A stretch of DNA of 63,578 nucleotides, filler included, from Octopus bimaculoides (lineage: Eukaryota): NCBI RefSeq assembly GCF_001194135.2. It is 9 parts of 8 records of this genome, joined end to end, with 100 filler letters (N's around TTAATTAATTAA, not from the genome) between each part and the next. Parts side by side here need not be neighbours in the genome. Positions count along the whole stretch, not along the records: positions 7,556 to 17,652 come from NC_069002.1; positions 17,753 to 26,090 come from NC_069001.1; positions 26,191 to 32,101 come from NC_068986.1; 6 more parts are not named here. One strand, written 5' to 3'. The notes under the pieces were generated by a model. That model saw only the letters and a list, made by a program, of their open reading frames with translations. It did no database searches and had not been told where the DNA came from. Made by a program: the position numbers and the translations under genes. Every line of letters starts with the position of its first letter. Within the stretch, counting starts at the first letter, position 1. Of this stretch, positions 13,498 through 27,822 are shown in pieces.

Positions 13498-13639
13498 GGT
13501 AATTGCCATTATAAGAGAAAGGTACTGGTGCTTTGTGGGACCACAGACAAGCTAAACAAGAGCTAGTAAATGACTTACTGCTCTTGATGCCAAAGCGTGT
13601 CTGTATTCAAGCAGGTCATCCAAGCACAACACATCCTCT

Positions 13640-14046
13640 CTTTACTCTTTTACTTGTTTCAGTCTTTTTGACTGTGGCCATGCTAGAGCACCACCTTTAG
13701 TCGAGCAAATCGACCCCAGGACTTATTCTTTGGAAGCCTAGTACTTATTCCATCGGTCTCTTGCTGAACCGCTAATTTACGGGTACGTAAACACACCAGC
13801 ATCGGTTGTCAAGTGATGGTGGGGAGACAAACACAGACAAACAAATACATACATATATATACATACATATACATATATACGACGGGCTTCTTTCAGTTTC
13901 CGTCTACCAAATCCACTCACAAGGCTTTGGTTGGCCCGAGGCTATAGTAGAAGATACTTGCCCAAGGCGCCACGCAGTGGGACTGAACCCGGAACCATGT
14001 GGTTGGTAAGCAAGCTACTTACCACACAGCCACTCCTGTGCCTATA
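13640..14046 (-). mobile_element. tRNA-derived SINE, family A (full length)
   Basis: Reverse complement of 6574-6975 throughout. Confidence 0.85.
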
Positions 14047-15051
14047 TAATCATTTTTCATGTAAGAGTATTGTAGTGGCTGTTGTTGATTTCCCAGAATA
14101 GAACTAAGATCTAAGACACTCCAACAGTGACCATCACATCTTTCTGTACTTCAAGAGTTGTGTATTGTATCCTATACTATCTAACATATCAGGCTTGCTA
14201 TATCTCTAAATGGAAAAGTGTAAAAATTGTGAGACTATTCGAAAATTTAGAATGTATTTTCTTTTTTCTGGTTTTAATCTGTTTTTTACTTCAGTATTTT
14301 AAAATTCTTACAAGTCAATTTTTACTTTATGGAAAGAAACTTAAAAATTGAGAAAAAAAGAAATTACAAAAAACCCACACACTCATCCACATTTACACTC
14401 ACATGTGTGTATGCATATATATNNNNNNNNNNNNNNNNNNNNNNNNNNNNNNNNNNNNNNNNNNNNNNNNNNNNNNNNNNNNNNNNNNNNNNNNNNNNNN
14501 NNNNNNNNNNNNNNNNNNNNNNNNNNNNNNNNNNNNNNNNNNNNNNNNNNNNNNNNNNNNNNNNNNNNNNNNNNNNNNNNNNNNNNNNNNNNNNNNNNNN
14601 NNNNNNNNNNNNNNNNNNNNNNNNNNNNNNNNNNNNNNNNNNNNNNNNNNNNNNNNNNNNNNNNNNNNNNNNNNNNNNNNNNNNNNNNNNNNNNNNNNNN
14701 NNNNNNNNNNNNNNNNNNNNNNNNNNNNNNNNNNNNNNNNNNNNNNNNNNNNNNNNNNNNNNNNNNNNNNNNNNNNNNNNNNNNNNNNNNNNNNNNNNNN
14801 NNNNNNNNNNNNNNNNNNNNNNNNNNNNNNNNNNNNNNNNNNNNNNNNNNNNNNNNNNNNNNNNNNNNNNNNNNNNNNNNNNNNNNNNNNNNNNNNNNNN
14901 NNNNNNNNNNNNNNNNNNNNNNNNNNNNNNNNNNNNNNNNNNNNNNNNNNNNNNNNNNNNNNNNNNNNNNNNNNNNNNNNNNNNNNNNNNNNNNNNNNNN
15001 NNNNNNNNNNNNNNNNNNNNNNNNNNNNNNNNNNNNNNNNNNNNNNNNNNN

Positions 15052-15116
<65 letters not shown>

Positions 15117-15444
15117 CTTACACACTCACACATGTGTGTGTGCACAGGTTGCATATAGACACATACACATATACACTTGCTCAAATACAAACAGATTTCA
15201 GTCATACAATATCTGGAGTGATATCTTCACTGATAATGCATGACACATACGATATCTCTCTTCACAAAACTTATATTGTATTCTAAAGTTATTATCATGG
15301 CTATATCATCCATACTGGATCGTTCACCATCCTACTTGCATGTGATATTATCTTGGTATCATGATATCTTCCCACAACCAGATACTATTTGTGAAAATAT
15401 TTATCATTGCATCTTATGCGCCAGCCTCTTTCAAGTTTCTGTGC

Positions 15445-15475
<31 letters not shown>

Positions 15476-15663
15476 TGTGTGTGTATGTATGCATGTATGT
15501 TTGTATATATATATATGTATGTATATGTGTGTATATATGTGTGTATGTATGCATGTATGTATGTATATATATATGTATCTGTATGCATGTATGTGTGTGT
15601 GTATGTATTTATGTATATATGTATGTATTTATGTGTGTATGTGGGTGCGTGCTTGTGTATTGT

Positions 15664-15701
<38 letters not shown>

Positions 15702-15992
15702 ATCATTTGCATAACATATGCACACACCATCATATATCTATATGAATTTATATGTATGTTTGTGTAAATAGAGATAGGGAGAGATAGAGAGAGAAAGAAA
15801 GAGAGAGAAAGAAAGAGAAAGAAAGAGAGATAGAGAAAGAGAGAGAAAGAAAGAGAAAGAAAGAGAGATAGAGAAAGAGAGAGGAAGATAGATAGATAGA
15901 TATATTGATCGATAGGTAGATAGATATAGATTTAAGCATTTATACATATGTATTTATATCGGTATATGTATGCATATATATGCGTCTTATGA

Positions 15993-16026
<34 letters not shown>

Positions 16027-17439
16027 NNNNNNNNNNNNNNNNNNNNNNNNNNNNNNNNNNNNNNNNNNNNNNNNNNNNNNNNNNNNNNNNNNNNNNNNNN
16101 NNNNNNNNNNNNNNNNNNNNNNNNNNNNNNNNNNNNNNNNNNNNNNNNNNNNNNNNNNNNNNNNNNNNNNNNNNNNNNNNNNNNNNNNNNNNNNNNNNNN
16201 NNNNNNNNNNNNNNNNNNNNNNNNNNNNNNNNNNNNNNNNNNNNNNNNNNNNNNNNNNNNNNNNNNNNNNNNATATATATATATATATATATATATATAA
16301 ACAGAGAGAGAGAGATGTACATATATATGTGTATGCACGTGTGTGTGTGTGTGTGTATATACCTATATAGACGCACACACACACACACATATATATATAT
16401 ATACATTTGATGGATGATCAAGTGAGAAAAATACAGAAACATATTTAAGATGTATTTTTTACTCAACGGCAAAGTCATATAAATGAATGAATGAATGAAG
16501 GGCTGAAAGTTTTGTGCTTTGCACTTAATCAAACTAACTTGTAAGTCGTACATCTTGTTATGAAGAGAAGAAATGAGATTTCTTATGGAATCTTTGATTA
16601 AATATGTATTGAGTAAAAGATAGGATAAATGGTATACAATACAGGGAAATTTAACAGCATATGCATATATACCACAATAAAGCGTACACAAATATATACA
16701 TATACTTTCTTTAATCTTGTATAGATAAATGATAAAAATTTCACTTCAATTGTTTCGACAAATTTTTACACCTGTAGTACATTGGTGAGATATTGTTTAA
16801 AATGCACTTCTTCAGGTGACGGTTTACATAAGTCCTTCGCTAAATCTTACCGTCATTTCACTTAGTGTGTTAATACATATCCAAAGTAGTGTGACTTTAT
16901 CAGCAGTTTACAGACAGAACTAAACCCATAAATATAACTAAACCCAGATAAGAGCTTTATACACTTTGGATGGATATTAAAGATGATACAACAACTCGTC
17001 AGTGTACTAAAGGTGGAAAAATAAATTTGAAAGAATTGTAATGATTTTAAATAAAAATATCGCTCAATACATTTTCTATCAGTTTTCTGTTTTTAAAAAC
17101 TCTATAGATACTATGGAATTTCTGATATATGTCCAGTAATAAGAAGATTCCTACTATATGATGATATCTGGTAGCCAATAACTGTGGACGAGTTTTGCAT
17201 AGCATACTACAAGGTTTTTACATGAGTCTTATTTAACATATATCATATATATATATATATGTTTTTTTTTTATATACAATTCCTGTATCAATCATTTAAT
17301 AACCCTTTTTCCATGCTGGCGTCGGTTGGCTGGTTCAGCAGGAACCAACTAGCCAGAAGGCTGCATTCAGGCCCAGTGTTTGTTTGGTATAGTTTCTTAT
17401 TTCTTTATTGCCCACAAGGGGCTAAACATAGAGGGGACA

Positions 17440-17612
17440 AACAAGGACAACAAGGACAGGCAAAAGGATTAATCGATTACATCGACCCCAGTGCGTAACT
17501 GGTACTTAATTTATCGACCCCGAAAGGATGAAAGGCAAAGTCAACCTCTGCAGAATTTGAACTCAGAATGTAACGGCAGACGATATACCGCTAAGCATTT
17601 CGCTCGGCGTGT
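17440..17612 (-). mobile_element. SINE family C
   Basis: Reverse-complement match to 7220-7400. Confidence 0.78.
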
Positions 17613-17752
17613 TTGGCATAGTTTCTACAGCTGGATACCCTTCCTAAATGCCNNNNNNNNNNNNNNNNNNNNNNNNNNNNNNNNNNNNNNNNNNNNTTAA
17701 TTAATTAANNNNNNNNNNNNNNNNNNNNNNNNNNNNNNNNNNNNNNNNNNNN

Positions 17753-17794
<42 letters not shown>

Positions 17795-18302
17795 TCTTTT
17801 ATTCTTTTACTCGTTTCAGCAATTTGACTGCGGCCATGCTTGAGCAGTACTTTAAAACGTATTTTAGTCGAACAAATCGACCTCAGGACTTATTCTTTGT
17901 AAGCCTAGTATTTATTCTATCGTTCCCAAAAGAGACCGATAGGATAAGTATTAGGCTTACAAAGAATACGTCCTTGCATCGATTTGTTCGACTAAAAAAA
18001 GGCGGCGCTCCAGCATGGCCGCAGTCAAAATGAGTGAAACAAGTAAAAGAATAAAAGAATGAAGCACAACCACAACAACCTAAGCGAAAAGTTATCTGAG
18101 GCAACCATGGGACACGACACTCGAACAAGTGGCATGTAATACGCATGCGCACTGAGTGAAAGTGCGAGAGAGAGAGAGAGAGAGAATCATCATCGTCGTC
18201 ACATGACTGTTGCGTATGTATGATTACATAAATAAACACAAACACACAGACACATGAATTCGCACATGACTGTCATGTGGCTTCTTGGTATCGTCTGTAG
18301 TT

Positions 18303-18333
<31 letters not shown>

Positions 18334-19172
18334 CTCTCTCTCTCTCTCTTTATATACATACAATATATAATAAATACACGTATAGTATAAAACATGTATC
18401 TCTGACACATACTTTTATATACAAAGTTACACAACCTCCCTCTCCCTTTCACACTCTGAAATATATATTATATATACACACGATTACACAACTTCGTTTA
18501 TATACCTTCCCATATATATATANNNNNNNNNNNNNNNNNNNNNNNNNNNNNNNNNNNNNNNNNNNNNNNNNNNNNNNNNNNNNNNNNNNNNNNNNNNNNN
18601 NNNNNNNNNNNNNNNNNNNNNNNNNNNNNNNNNNNNNNNNNNNNNNNNNNNNNNNNNNNNNNNNNNNNNNNNNNNNNNNNNNNNNNNNNNNNNNNNNNNN
18701 NNNNNNNNNNNNNNNNNNNNNNNNNNNNNNNNNNNNNNNNNNNNNNNNNNNNNNNNNNNNNNNNNNNNNNNNNNNNNNNNNNNNNNNNNNNNNNNNNNNN
18801 NNNNNNNNNNNNNNNNNNNNNNNNNNNNNNNNNNNNNNNNNNNNNNNNNNNNNNNNNNNNNNNNNNNNNNNNNNNNNNNNNNNNNNNNNNNNNNNNNNNN
18901 NNNNNNNNNNNNNNNNNNNNNNNNNNNNNNNNNNNNNNNNNNNNNNNNNNNNNNNNNNNNNNNNNNNNNNNNNNNNNNNNNNNNNNNNNNNNNNNNNNNN
19001 NNNNNNNNNNNNNNNNNNNNNNNNNNNNNNNNNNNNNNNNNNNNNNNNNNNNNNNNNNNNNNNNNNNNNNNNNNNNNNNNNNNNNNNNNNNNNNNNNNNN
19101 NNNNNNNNNNNNNNNNNNNNNNNNNNNNNNNNNNNNNNNNNNNNNNNNNNNNNNNNNNNNNNNNNNNNNNNN

Positions 19173-19212
<40 letters not shown>

Positions 19213-19727
19213 TACACTCCAGATAAAAAAAGGTTTAACAGTCCCTCCAGATCGTAAATCTGTGAGTCTATGTGAAGTAATGATACATGCCTCTCTTTCA
19301 TAGTGTGTGTGTGTTTGTGTGTGTGTGTGTGCGCATACACACACTCCCACATGGTTGGTGATGTTGTTCAACCCCAGGTCAACCATGAATCCAGACATGA
19401 TCAAAGTTAGTCCAACCTTGACCATGGAGTCATTTCTTTTTTTTAGATATCTAAGTCTACGCTATCTAAGTGTCCTAGTTCCAAAGCAATAGAGAGCGAG
19501 ACTGGTAAGAAATTTTATCTGTTATTTCTAGCAGAGCGAGTCACACGTTATCATTGTTGTTTGGAATCCCAAACTGGCAACGTGTACATTGGACAATACT
19601 ATCCAATGTATCGGTTATTGTCAAGACAATAAGATAGATAGACAGACAGATAGATAGATAAATAGATAGAAAGGTAGATAGATAGATGGAAAGGTAGATA
19701 GAAAGGTAGATAGAAAGGTAGATAGAT

Positions 19728-19784
<57 letters not shown>

Positions 19785-21262
19785 CAGCTAGATAGAATGA
19801 GGGAGATTTCGTTGCTATTTTTAGCATGACAACTGTCCACTTAGAGGTTCATTTTGACTGGCTCGTATGTGCATCACTGTGACAGCGTACACGTGATAAT
19901 ATTTATATATGTATGGCGGTTTATGTAAGGGAGGTATATGTGTGTGTGTGTGTCGGTGTGCGTGTGTATATGTACATGTGCGGTGCTGTATATACGAGGG
20001 AGTAATATCTGTGTGTATGCGGATAGGTTGGTGCGTGTGTGCATGTGTGGTGCTGACAATGAAGTCGCAGTGCATGTGTACTGAAATGCGCGTGTTACGC
20101 CTGTGTGATAAAAATGTATGCTATGGAAGCACATACAAGATATATCGACACGAAATAAACAGGATATGTCATAGCAACGTGTACTTAGCATGAACAGCAC
20201 AGCTGTGACTTTAAACACCATACCTTTATCTATCTATCTATCTATCTATACTCATTACATATATGTATATATATATATGTGTGTGTATATATATATATAG
20301 CTGTATATTAAACTATTAAACATATACTACAAATCTCTCATATATATATATACACATACACGTATGTATGTATGTATGTAAAACGCCTGCATGTTGATAC
20401 ATCTGCAGGTAAAATACATCACGTTTCCTTATAAACATATGACGTCTTCACGTGAACACACTACACACACACACAAACTCATGCACTTACAAACATACAT
20501 ACACACATACAATAGGTAAATCGTGTATACACAGACATATAAACACATCTGTTTATAAACATTTACGTTTGAATACCCGTGTATGTATATATACACATAA
20601 ATATTCACACACACGTACGTATGTGTGTGTGTGTGTGATCTGCATTTTGACAATTCGAAAGATGAAATCAATGATGGTATTTCTAAATTTTTACAGCTTC
20701 ATGTTTTCTTTTATATTATTCTAACACAAGTATTGAGTTCTTTGCACAAACACACACACACACACACACACGCACGCACGCACGCACGCACACGATATTT
20801 TATAACGATTTGTTATGAAACAAATGCTTATGTTCACTCATAAATGTCTGCTTAAAGACAACGTGTAAATGTGTACACATGCCGACAAAGAAACTACTCT
20901 CATATACACATGTCTCACGTAATCAAAGCATTTACGTGTGCACATATGAACGTGTACACACACACACACACACACTTAAATCTTGAAACAGTGTTGAGTT
21001 TCAGGTTTTAACCTATTAACTCGACAACACACAGACACACACATGCGCGTGTGTGTGTGTGTTAAATGCATATATTTATGTATGAGAGTATGTATGTGTG
21101 CAGTTGTTTCTCTTAACGTTTGCAAACTGGAAAACATACACATATTCCCTCATACACACACACACACACACACACATACTTTAAGAGAATAAAAGCGCAT
21201 TACTCTACCTTTGGTATTCGAGTACTATTTTTTCCACCTTGATTTGCATTTATGTGCTTATT

Positions 21263-21324
<62 letters not shown>

Positions 21325-21887
21325 TGACACAATAGATGTCACTGTTATCGAAGTAGGTTCCAAACTTGATATCAGCCGGTTATTGATATTGAAAAGAGAT
21401 GCATGTATGCATACATATACACACCTGCAAATACATACTAATATATATGCATTCATAGACATACATATATGCATTCACATATACACATGCATACACGCCT
21501 ACACACGCAAACACACACACACATATACACGTTACATATGTACACGAAAGACGGCATAATATAGTTTTAAATTTTGGCACAATGCCGGTAATTTCGGACC
21601 TGGTGTTCAGTATGAAAGCCAAAGTCGACTTCGACAGAGAATGACAACATAATATTGGACAGATTATCCAAAATTAATAAAGATAAATAAAAACCTAATT
21701 TGAAGAAAAGAATTTTTAAAGTTAGGAAGATGTAAAGACGAACGGACTATTGTCTTGTCTTGTATTTACCTATACAGCGAAAATACTCAATAAAATTGGC
21801 ACTTAATATCGACAGCGCAGTAGCAAAGTTATGGAGGGGAAAAAGAAGCTTTTATTTACTATCTATTCAATCTTCCATATTAGCAGG

Positions 21888-22165
21888 CACAGGTGTGACA
21901 CGTTTGCGGGTTCAATCCCATCGCGAGGCGCCTTGAGTAAAAGTCTTCTAGTATAGTCTCCGGTCGACTAAGGCCTTGTGAGTAAATTCGGTAGATGGAA
22001 ACTGAAAGAAGCCCGTCGTCTATGTGGGTGTGTGTATGTGTTTGTTTGTCCCTCACCACCGTTGGACAACCGGTGCTGGTTTGTTTATGGCTCTACAATA
22101 TAGCGGTTCGGCATAAGAAAACCGATAGAATAACTACCAAGCTTAAAACGAACATAAGTACTGAT
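21888..22165 (+). mobile_element. SINE family A, partial and diverged
   Basis: GGGTTCAATCCC head, GGAAACTGAAAGAAGCCCGTCG and ACCGATAGAATA. Confidence 0.65.
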
Positions 22166-23528
22166 CCGTCATCTTCACACACCACCACCACCAACGTAGA
22201 AAACCAACCAGCCGCGTAGTCGTGGATGTTTCACACTAACAAAGAGAGTTTAGCTCTGCAACCCCTAAAATCCTTTTCTAACCTTTAAACAAACTTGAGG
22301 CTTCCCCATACAGTTAGCCTGCAATACGGCTTCTTAGAGGCGGGAGCTAGCGTGATCTTTATGGCTAGATGGCCTTCCTAAAAGCAACTACTTTACAGCT
22401 TGTTCTGAGTACATTTATCGTGTGTTACAAGTGCTAGAGAAGTCACCCTGGGTAGATAAAGTGCCCTCTGACCGGTTCAAATTCTTATTGGGAGTTATTC
22501 TGCCATTCCTCCGAAGCGAGCAGCTGGCTATCGAGTTCGTGGCGTCCACAATACGGATGGGTAATACGTATATAAGTGCATACGAACGTATATTACATAC
22601 GTACACCTATATACATACATACACAAATATAAATATATACATACATAAGCACGTTTACATACATACATATACACAGTATACATACACATGCAAATATAGG
22701 TACGTATACATTCATACATGCATAAACAAATAATATATACCTACACATGCATACCTAGGTATATTTACATACATATATACAGTACGTATACATACACACA
22801 TAGGTGCGTATATATGCATAGGTACACATACAGAAATACGTATATATGCATTACATACACACATACACAAATACATATTTCTATGTGCATTCCTCCCCCA
22901 CACTCTATATTGGCAGGGTTTGGAAGAGGTCGCAATGCCTCACCAACTCCGTTACACACAGTCCTACGTATGGCCACAAACCGTGGCCCTCCTGCTGTTG
23001 TCTACGCAACCAGCGTGTGTGTATATGTGTGGTTATTGTATACCTACCTGTGTGGTGTTGGCGGAGAGGTCGGAGTACATATGCACTGATGTGCTTGTGT
23101 TCCGGACTGATGTAATGTGATACAGTGAAAATATCGAAATAAGAAGAAGAAAAAGAAAAAAAAATTACCTCAATGGACGTATTTAAGAATATAAAGACGA
23201 GATGTCCGATAAAAACATGGCTACGTGGGAAAAATTGATTGGGTTGGCTGGCTGGCTGACTACCAACACTCGCATCACGGGTTCAAATTCCACCGTATGC
23301 TTTTAGACGAAAACATTTCATTTCTAACTGCCTCGCGTCGCCTAGATACCAAAGACAGTGTTTTTTTTTTCTCTTCTTTGGAAAGGTTAAACAGGTGCAA
23401 GATCACCCATCGATGGATACCCCTGCTCTAATAGCGTATGGTCAAGCAAGTAGCTAATGAGTTACCGTACTAACCCGTAGATGACAGAAATACACACACA
23501 CGTATATACAGAAGTGTGTATTAATAGA

Positions 23529-23592
<64 letters not shown>

Positions 23593-24314
23593 CACATACA
23601 CATCCATCAATCCATCAATACAGTGCCTCTTAATTCTTTTTATCTCACTTCAAATTAAAAAAAAAAAATGTCCCCCTATCACCCAGAATAGGTGTGCCGA
23701 AAGGTGCAACACGTTATCAAAAGTTCTCGGCGAGGCCGATCAGCTCCACACTCAACTCCTGTCTCCGTCGTGGTTGGACAATCCAATATCTCCANNNNNN
23801 NNNNNNNNNNNNNNNNNNNNNNNNNNNNNNNNNNNNNNNNNNNNNNNNNNNNNNNNNNNNNNNNNNNNNNNNNNNNNNNNNNNNNNNNNNNNNNNNNNNN
23901 NNNNNNNNNNNNNNNNNNNNNNNNNNNNNNNNNNNNNNNNNNNNNNNNNNNNNNNNNNNNNNNNNNNNNNNNNNNNNNNNNNNNNNNNNNNNNNNNNNNN
24001 NNNNNNNNNNNNNNNNNNNNNNNNNNNNNNNNNNNNNNNNNNNNNNNNNNNNNNNNNNNNNNNNNNNNNNNNNNNNNNNNNNNNNNNNNNNNNNNNNNNN
24101 NNNNNNNNNNNNNNNNNNNNNNNNNNNNNNNNNNNNNNNNNNNNNNNNNNNNNNNNNNNNNNNNNNNNNNNNNNNNNNNNNNNNNNNNNNNNNNCACACA
24201 CACACACACACACGAATCAAAGAGGAAAAAGGAAACTTGTCACTGAAACTGGTTAGAAATAACAGCCAAACATATTTAAAACATACTATGTAAAAGATAA
24301 TAATAATAATGATC

Positions 24315-24555
24315 TCAAATTTTGCCACAAGGGCAGCAATTTTGGGGGAGGGAATGAGTCGATTACATCGATCCCAGTGCTCGACTGGTATTTATTTTAT
24401 CGATCCCGGAAGGATGACAAGCAAAGTCAACCTTTTCGGAATTTGAACTCAGAACGTAAGGACGGACGAAATACCGCTAAGCATTTCGTCCGGCATGCTA
24501 ACGATTTAGCCAGCTTGATAATTTTTCCTAATTTTGGCACAAGGCCAGCAATTTG
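24315..24555 (-). mobile_element. SINE family C
   Basis: Reverse-complement match to 7220-7420. Confidence 0.75.
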
Positions 24556-26221
24556 GTAGGGTTATTCAATATAGTCGACCCCCGGAGGATGAAATAAAGC
24601 GCTTGTCAAGTACTTACGGCGTATTCGATAACATACATTACACACACATATATATATAAAACATACACACATATACACACACACACATACGTATATACGT
24701 ACATACACACACATACATATATACACACACACACATACATACATATGTACATGCACGCATACATTACATACACACACACACACACACACACACATACATA
24801 TCTACATTAACGCCTGAATGAAAGACGAGATTGTCACAGCTGCAACTTGTTTGATTTATAGCTGTGCAGGATCGAGGTTGACCTAGGGCTAAAAAAACAA
24901 TATCAACAACATTTATGACTAAGCTGTTAGAAGTTTGATTGGTTGAAACGATTTCGAATAAACTACGTCAGAGGAGGAGAAGGAAAACAAGATGTGGAGT
25001 GTAGAAAAACACAAGACACCGCAGAAATAAACACCACAACATCTACATCAGAGATTCTTGACCATTTTTCACCCACGGCACCCTTTGTTTCCGATCTTAC
25101 TCTACTGAACCCACATAGTTTTTATGCTAAATATCATTAAGAACTGTAAAAAAAATTGCCGAAGTATTGCTTGTGTATTGGATAAGAAATTTATTGCAGT
25201 TAAACTTTAACAACAAAATATTATATGGATCCCGGTTAAGAACCACCGATCTACATAAACCTGTTTGATAAAGGTTATATGGGGGGGGGGGAGTATACTA
25301 GTGTTACTCATGAGACAAGGGTCTGAGAAAATTGAAAAGGGGCCCTCTAATGCTTGTTTAAGTAAGATAGGAAAAGGTGTGAGTCAAAAAAAAAAAAATT
25401 TTATGGAAAACAAGAGACGTCTATGCCCGAAACAGACTTGACATGAATTCAACTCCGGAGCCGGGTGGCCTTTCAAGCTCAGCTAAATAACAACATTCTG
25501 AAACAGAGATTTTCTGTACAGAAGGGGGAGGGGTAGTTCAGTTGTTACTGGGTGCAGGTATAAAGGGGTAGAAGTTCTCATCTGGCCTTTAATGCTTGAT
25601 AAGATATGGTTGCAGAAAAGAAAAACAAAAAAAAAACTGTCATTGCCTACAAAGACTTGACACAATTTCAGTCCCAGGACCGGGTGGCCTTTCAAACTCT
25701 CCTAAATAACATTTTGCAATAGAAACAGCATAAAGGGGAGAGGCAGTTTAATCGTTACCGGATGCAGCTATGAACGGGTGCTAAAATTTCATATGACCTA
25801 TCCTATAAAATGCCGTCTTCTTTGCTCACAAATTAACTTGATACAAAACTCGACTCCAGGGCCGGGTGGCCTTCAGAGCTCTCTTTATATCATATTCATA
25901 CAACAGAGGCGAAGCATCGCGGGTGGGTGTGGGTGGAGAGACGAAGGATGGGTAGCGATTTAGTCACCATCAGGTGCAAGCATAAAAGGAGTGCGAAAAT
26001 CAAAATTTAATATGACGGCAGGGTGTCAAAATTGTCTTAGTCCACCCTGAGGGTGGGGAAGGGGCACTGATGCTATTTTTGCTAATATTTNNNNNNNNNN
26101 NNNNNNNNNNNNNNNNNNNNNNNNNNNNNNNNNNTTAATTAATTAANNNNNNNNNNNNNNNNNNNNNNNNNNNNNNNNNNNNNNNNNNNNATATATACTC
26201 ATACACACACACACACGCACG

Positions 26222-26262
<41 letters not shown>

Positions 26263-27787
26263 TTATATATCTTCTCTCAGTCTTCAATTTAGAGTTAATT
26301 TTGACCGACCGACCGATCGGCCACCTTCTGTGAAGGAAAGCAGTTTTTTTGTCTATTATTAGTTAAATCTTAAGGTATTGGAGATTTCCATAGTCCCAGA
26401 TATCGTGATCACTTCTGTATAAACTAATGAGTCGAGTTCTTTCCCACAGAGAGCCCAAGTTCAGCCATACCTTGCTCCAATATGTATGTAAATTAAGTAC
26501 TAACTTCAATCGCAAACACATTCCTCTAAAAAGCACTTCCATATCGGTTATGCTGTGCTAGTTCCTTTCTAATATTCTGTTATATTTTACGAAGAATAAT
26601 CAACCATAGTTTCCTTCTTTCGCAAGTTCTACTAATAAATCCTTGCCAACAATAAGTTCCTTTCAATAAGTTACCCGCTACAGATTTCACTTCTCAATTA
26701 TTAGCTCCCAAGCAATAACATTCCTTTAGGTGTCAATATGTATTGCACAGTCAATATATCAAAAATCCTTAAAACTTGCCAACAACCAGTTGTTGCCAAT
26801 AGATAACTTTTAACGATTAATCTTCCAGTAAACTGTTCCTTTCAAACCAAATGCTCTTAATCTACCAAAGTTTCTTACCTACAATCACAACTTCTTACCC
26901 ACAAATCAACAGTATCCTGCCAGGAACTTCCTACCAATAGGACCTAAATGTCCCTGACCAAATACTTCCTACCAAAAGGCACTTATAGATCGCCATCAGT
27001 TAGTATGTCTTTAAAAACAGATCCATAATTACTAATTTTCGTTCTGCTCAACAGGTCTTTGCCATTAGCTGTTTACCGTCGATGACAACCACGCCGTATT
27101 AATAACACGATATAATCAGTTACCCAAAACAGTACTGCTAACAAATAAATAACCTATTTATTACCTAGTAACAGCAAGCAGTCAGCAGTGCTCTGTGGGC
27201 AATTTCCTTCTAACTGTTCCATTACATCGGCCTCATGCGACTGACTCTTAACAATATTTCCCAAGTGGGATTTTTAATTAGTTTCAATAGAATTAACATT
27301 GCAAGTCTGCATATGAGAAGTGTTATATTTTTTCAAGTCAATCAAATTGTATTTTAGATATGTGGGTATATCTTATAAGGTGGTATTAGACGTTACAAGT
27401 ATTCATTTAAGACAGGAAAAGAAACAGGTCCAGTATATGTATGTGTGCAACTGTGAGCGTCGAAACATGAACTGCTAATGTATTTTACAGATATCAAAAC
27501 TTTTTTTTACCTCAGTAAGAAGTTTTAGAAAACATCAAGTTTATTGGAGTTTAAACTCTGGTTATAAGATTAGATTTACATCTGAATATCACAAAGTATT
27601 TCACAGGTCTCAGAGATAATCCCAACGAGATTAATTTGGTTACTTAGGAAGCAGCATCACAGCAAATATCGCCATGCTAAAACAGCATCTGGTTTCTATT
27701 TTAGTAGGTACATATGCACATAGCTCACGTAAACATTTTTATCCTAGTGTTTTAAGTGTGTGTGTGTGTATACATATACATATACAT

Positions 27788-27822
<35 letters not shown>

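Noticed and set aside
16742-16820. Possible hammerhead on the minus strand: GTCAC-CTGAAGA...GAAAC-AATT-GAA-GTGA
   Set aside because: Stem II does not close and the cleavage triplet is GAA rather than NUH. At best a remote remnant.
191-24328. Numerous long ORFs such as YIYIYI, HTHTHT, SLSLSL, poly-D/E/S/P and X-filled ORFs
   Set aside because: They are translations of (AT)n, (CA)n, (GA)n and trinucleotide microsatellites or of N gaps, with no domain content.
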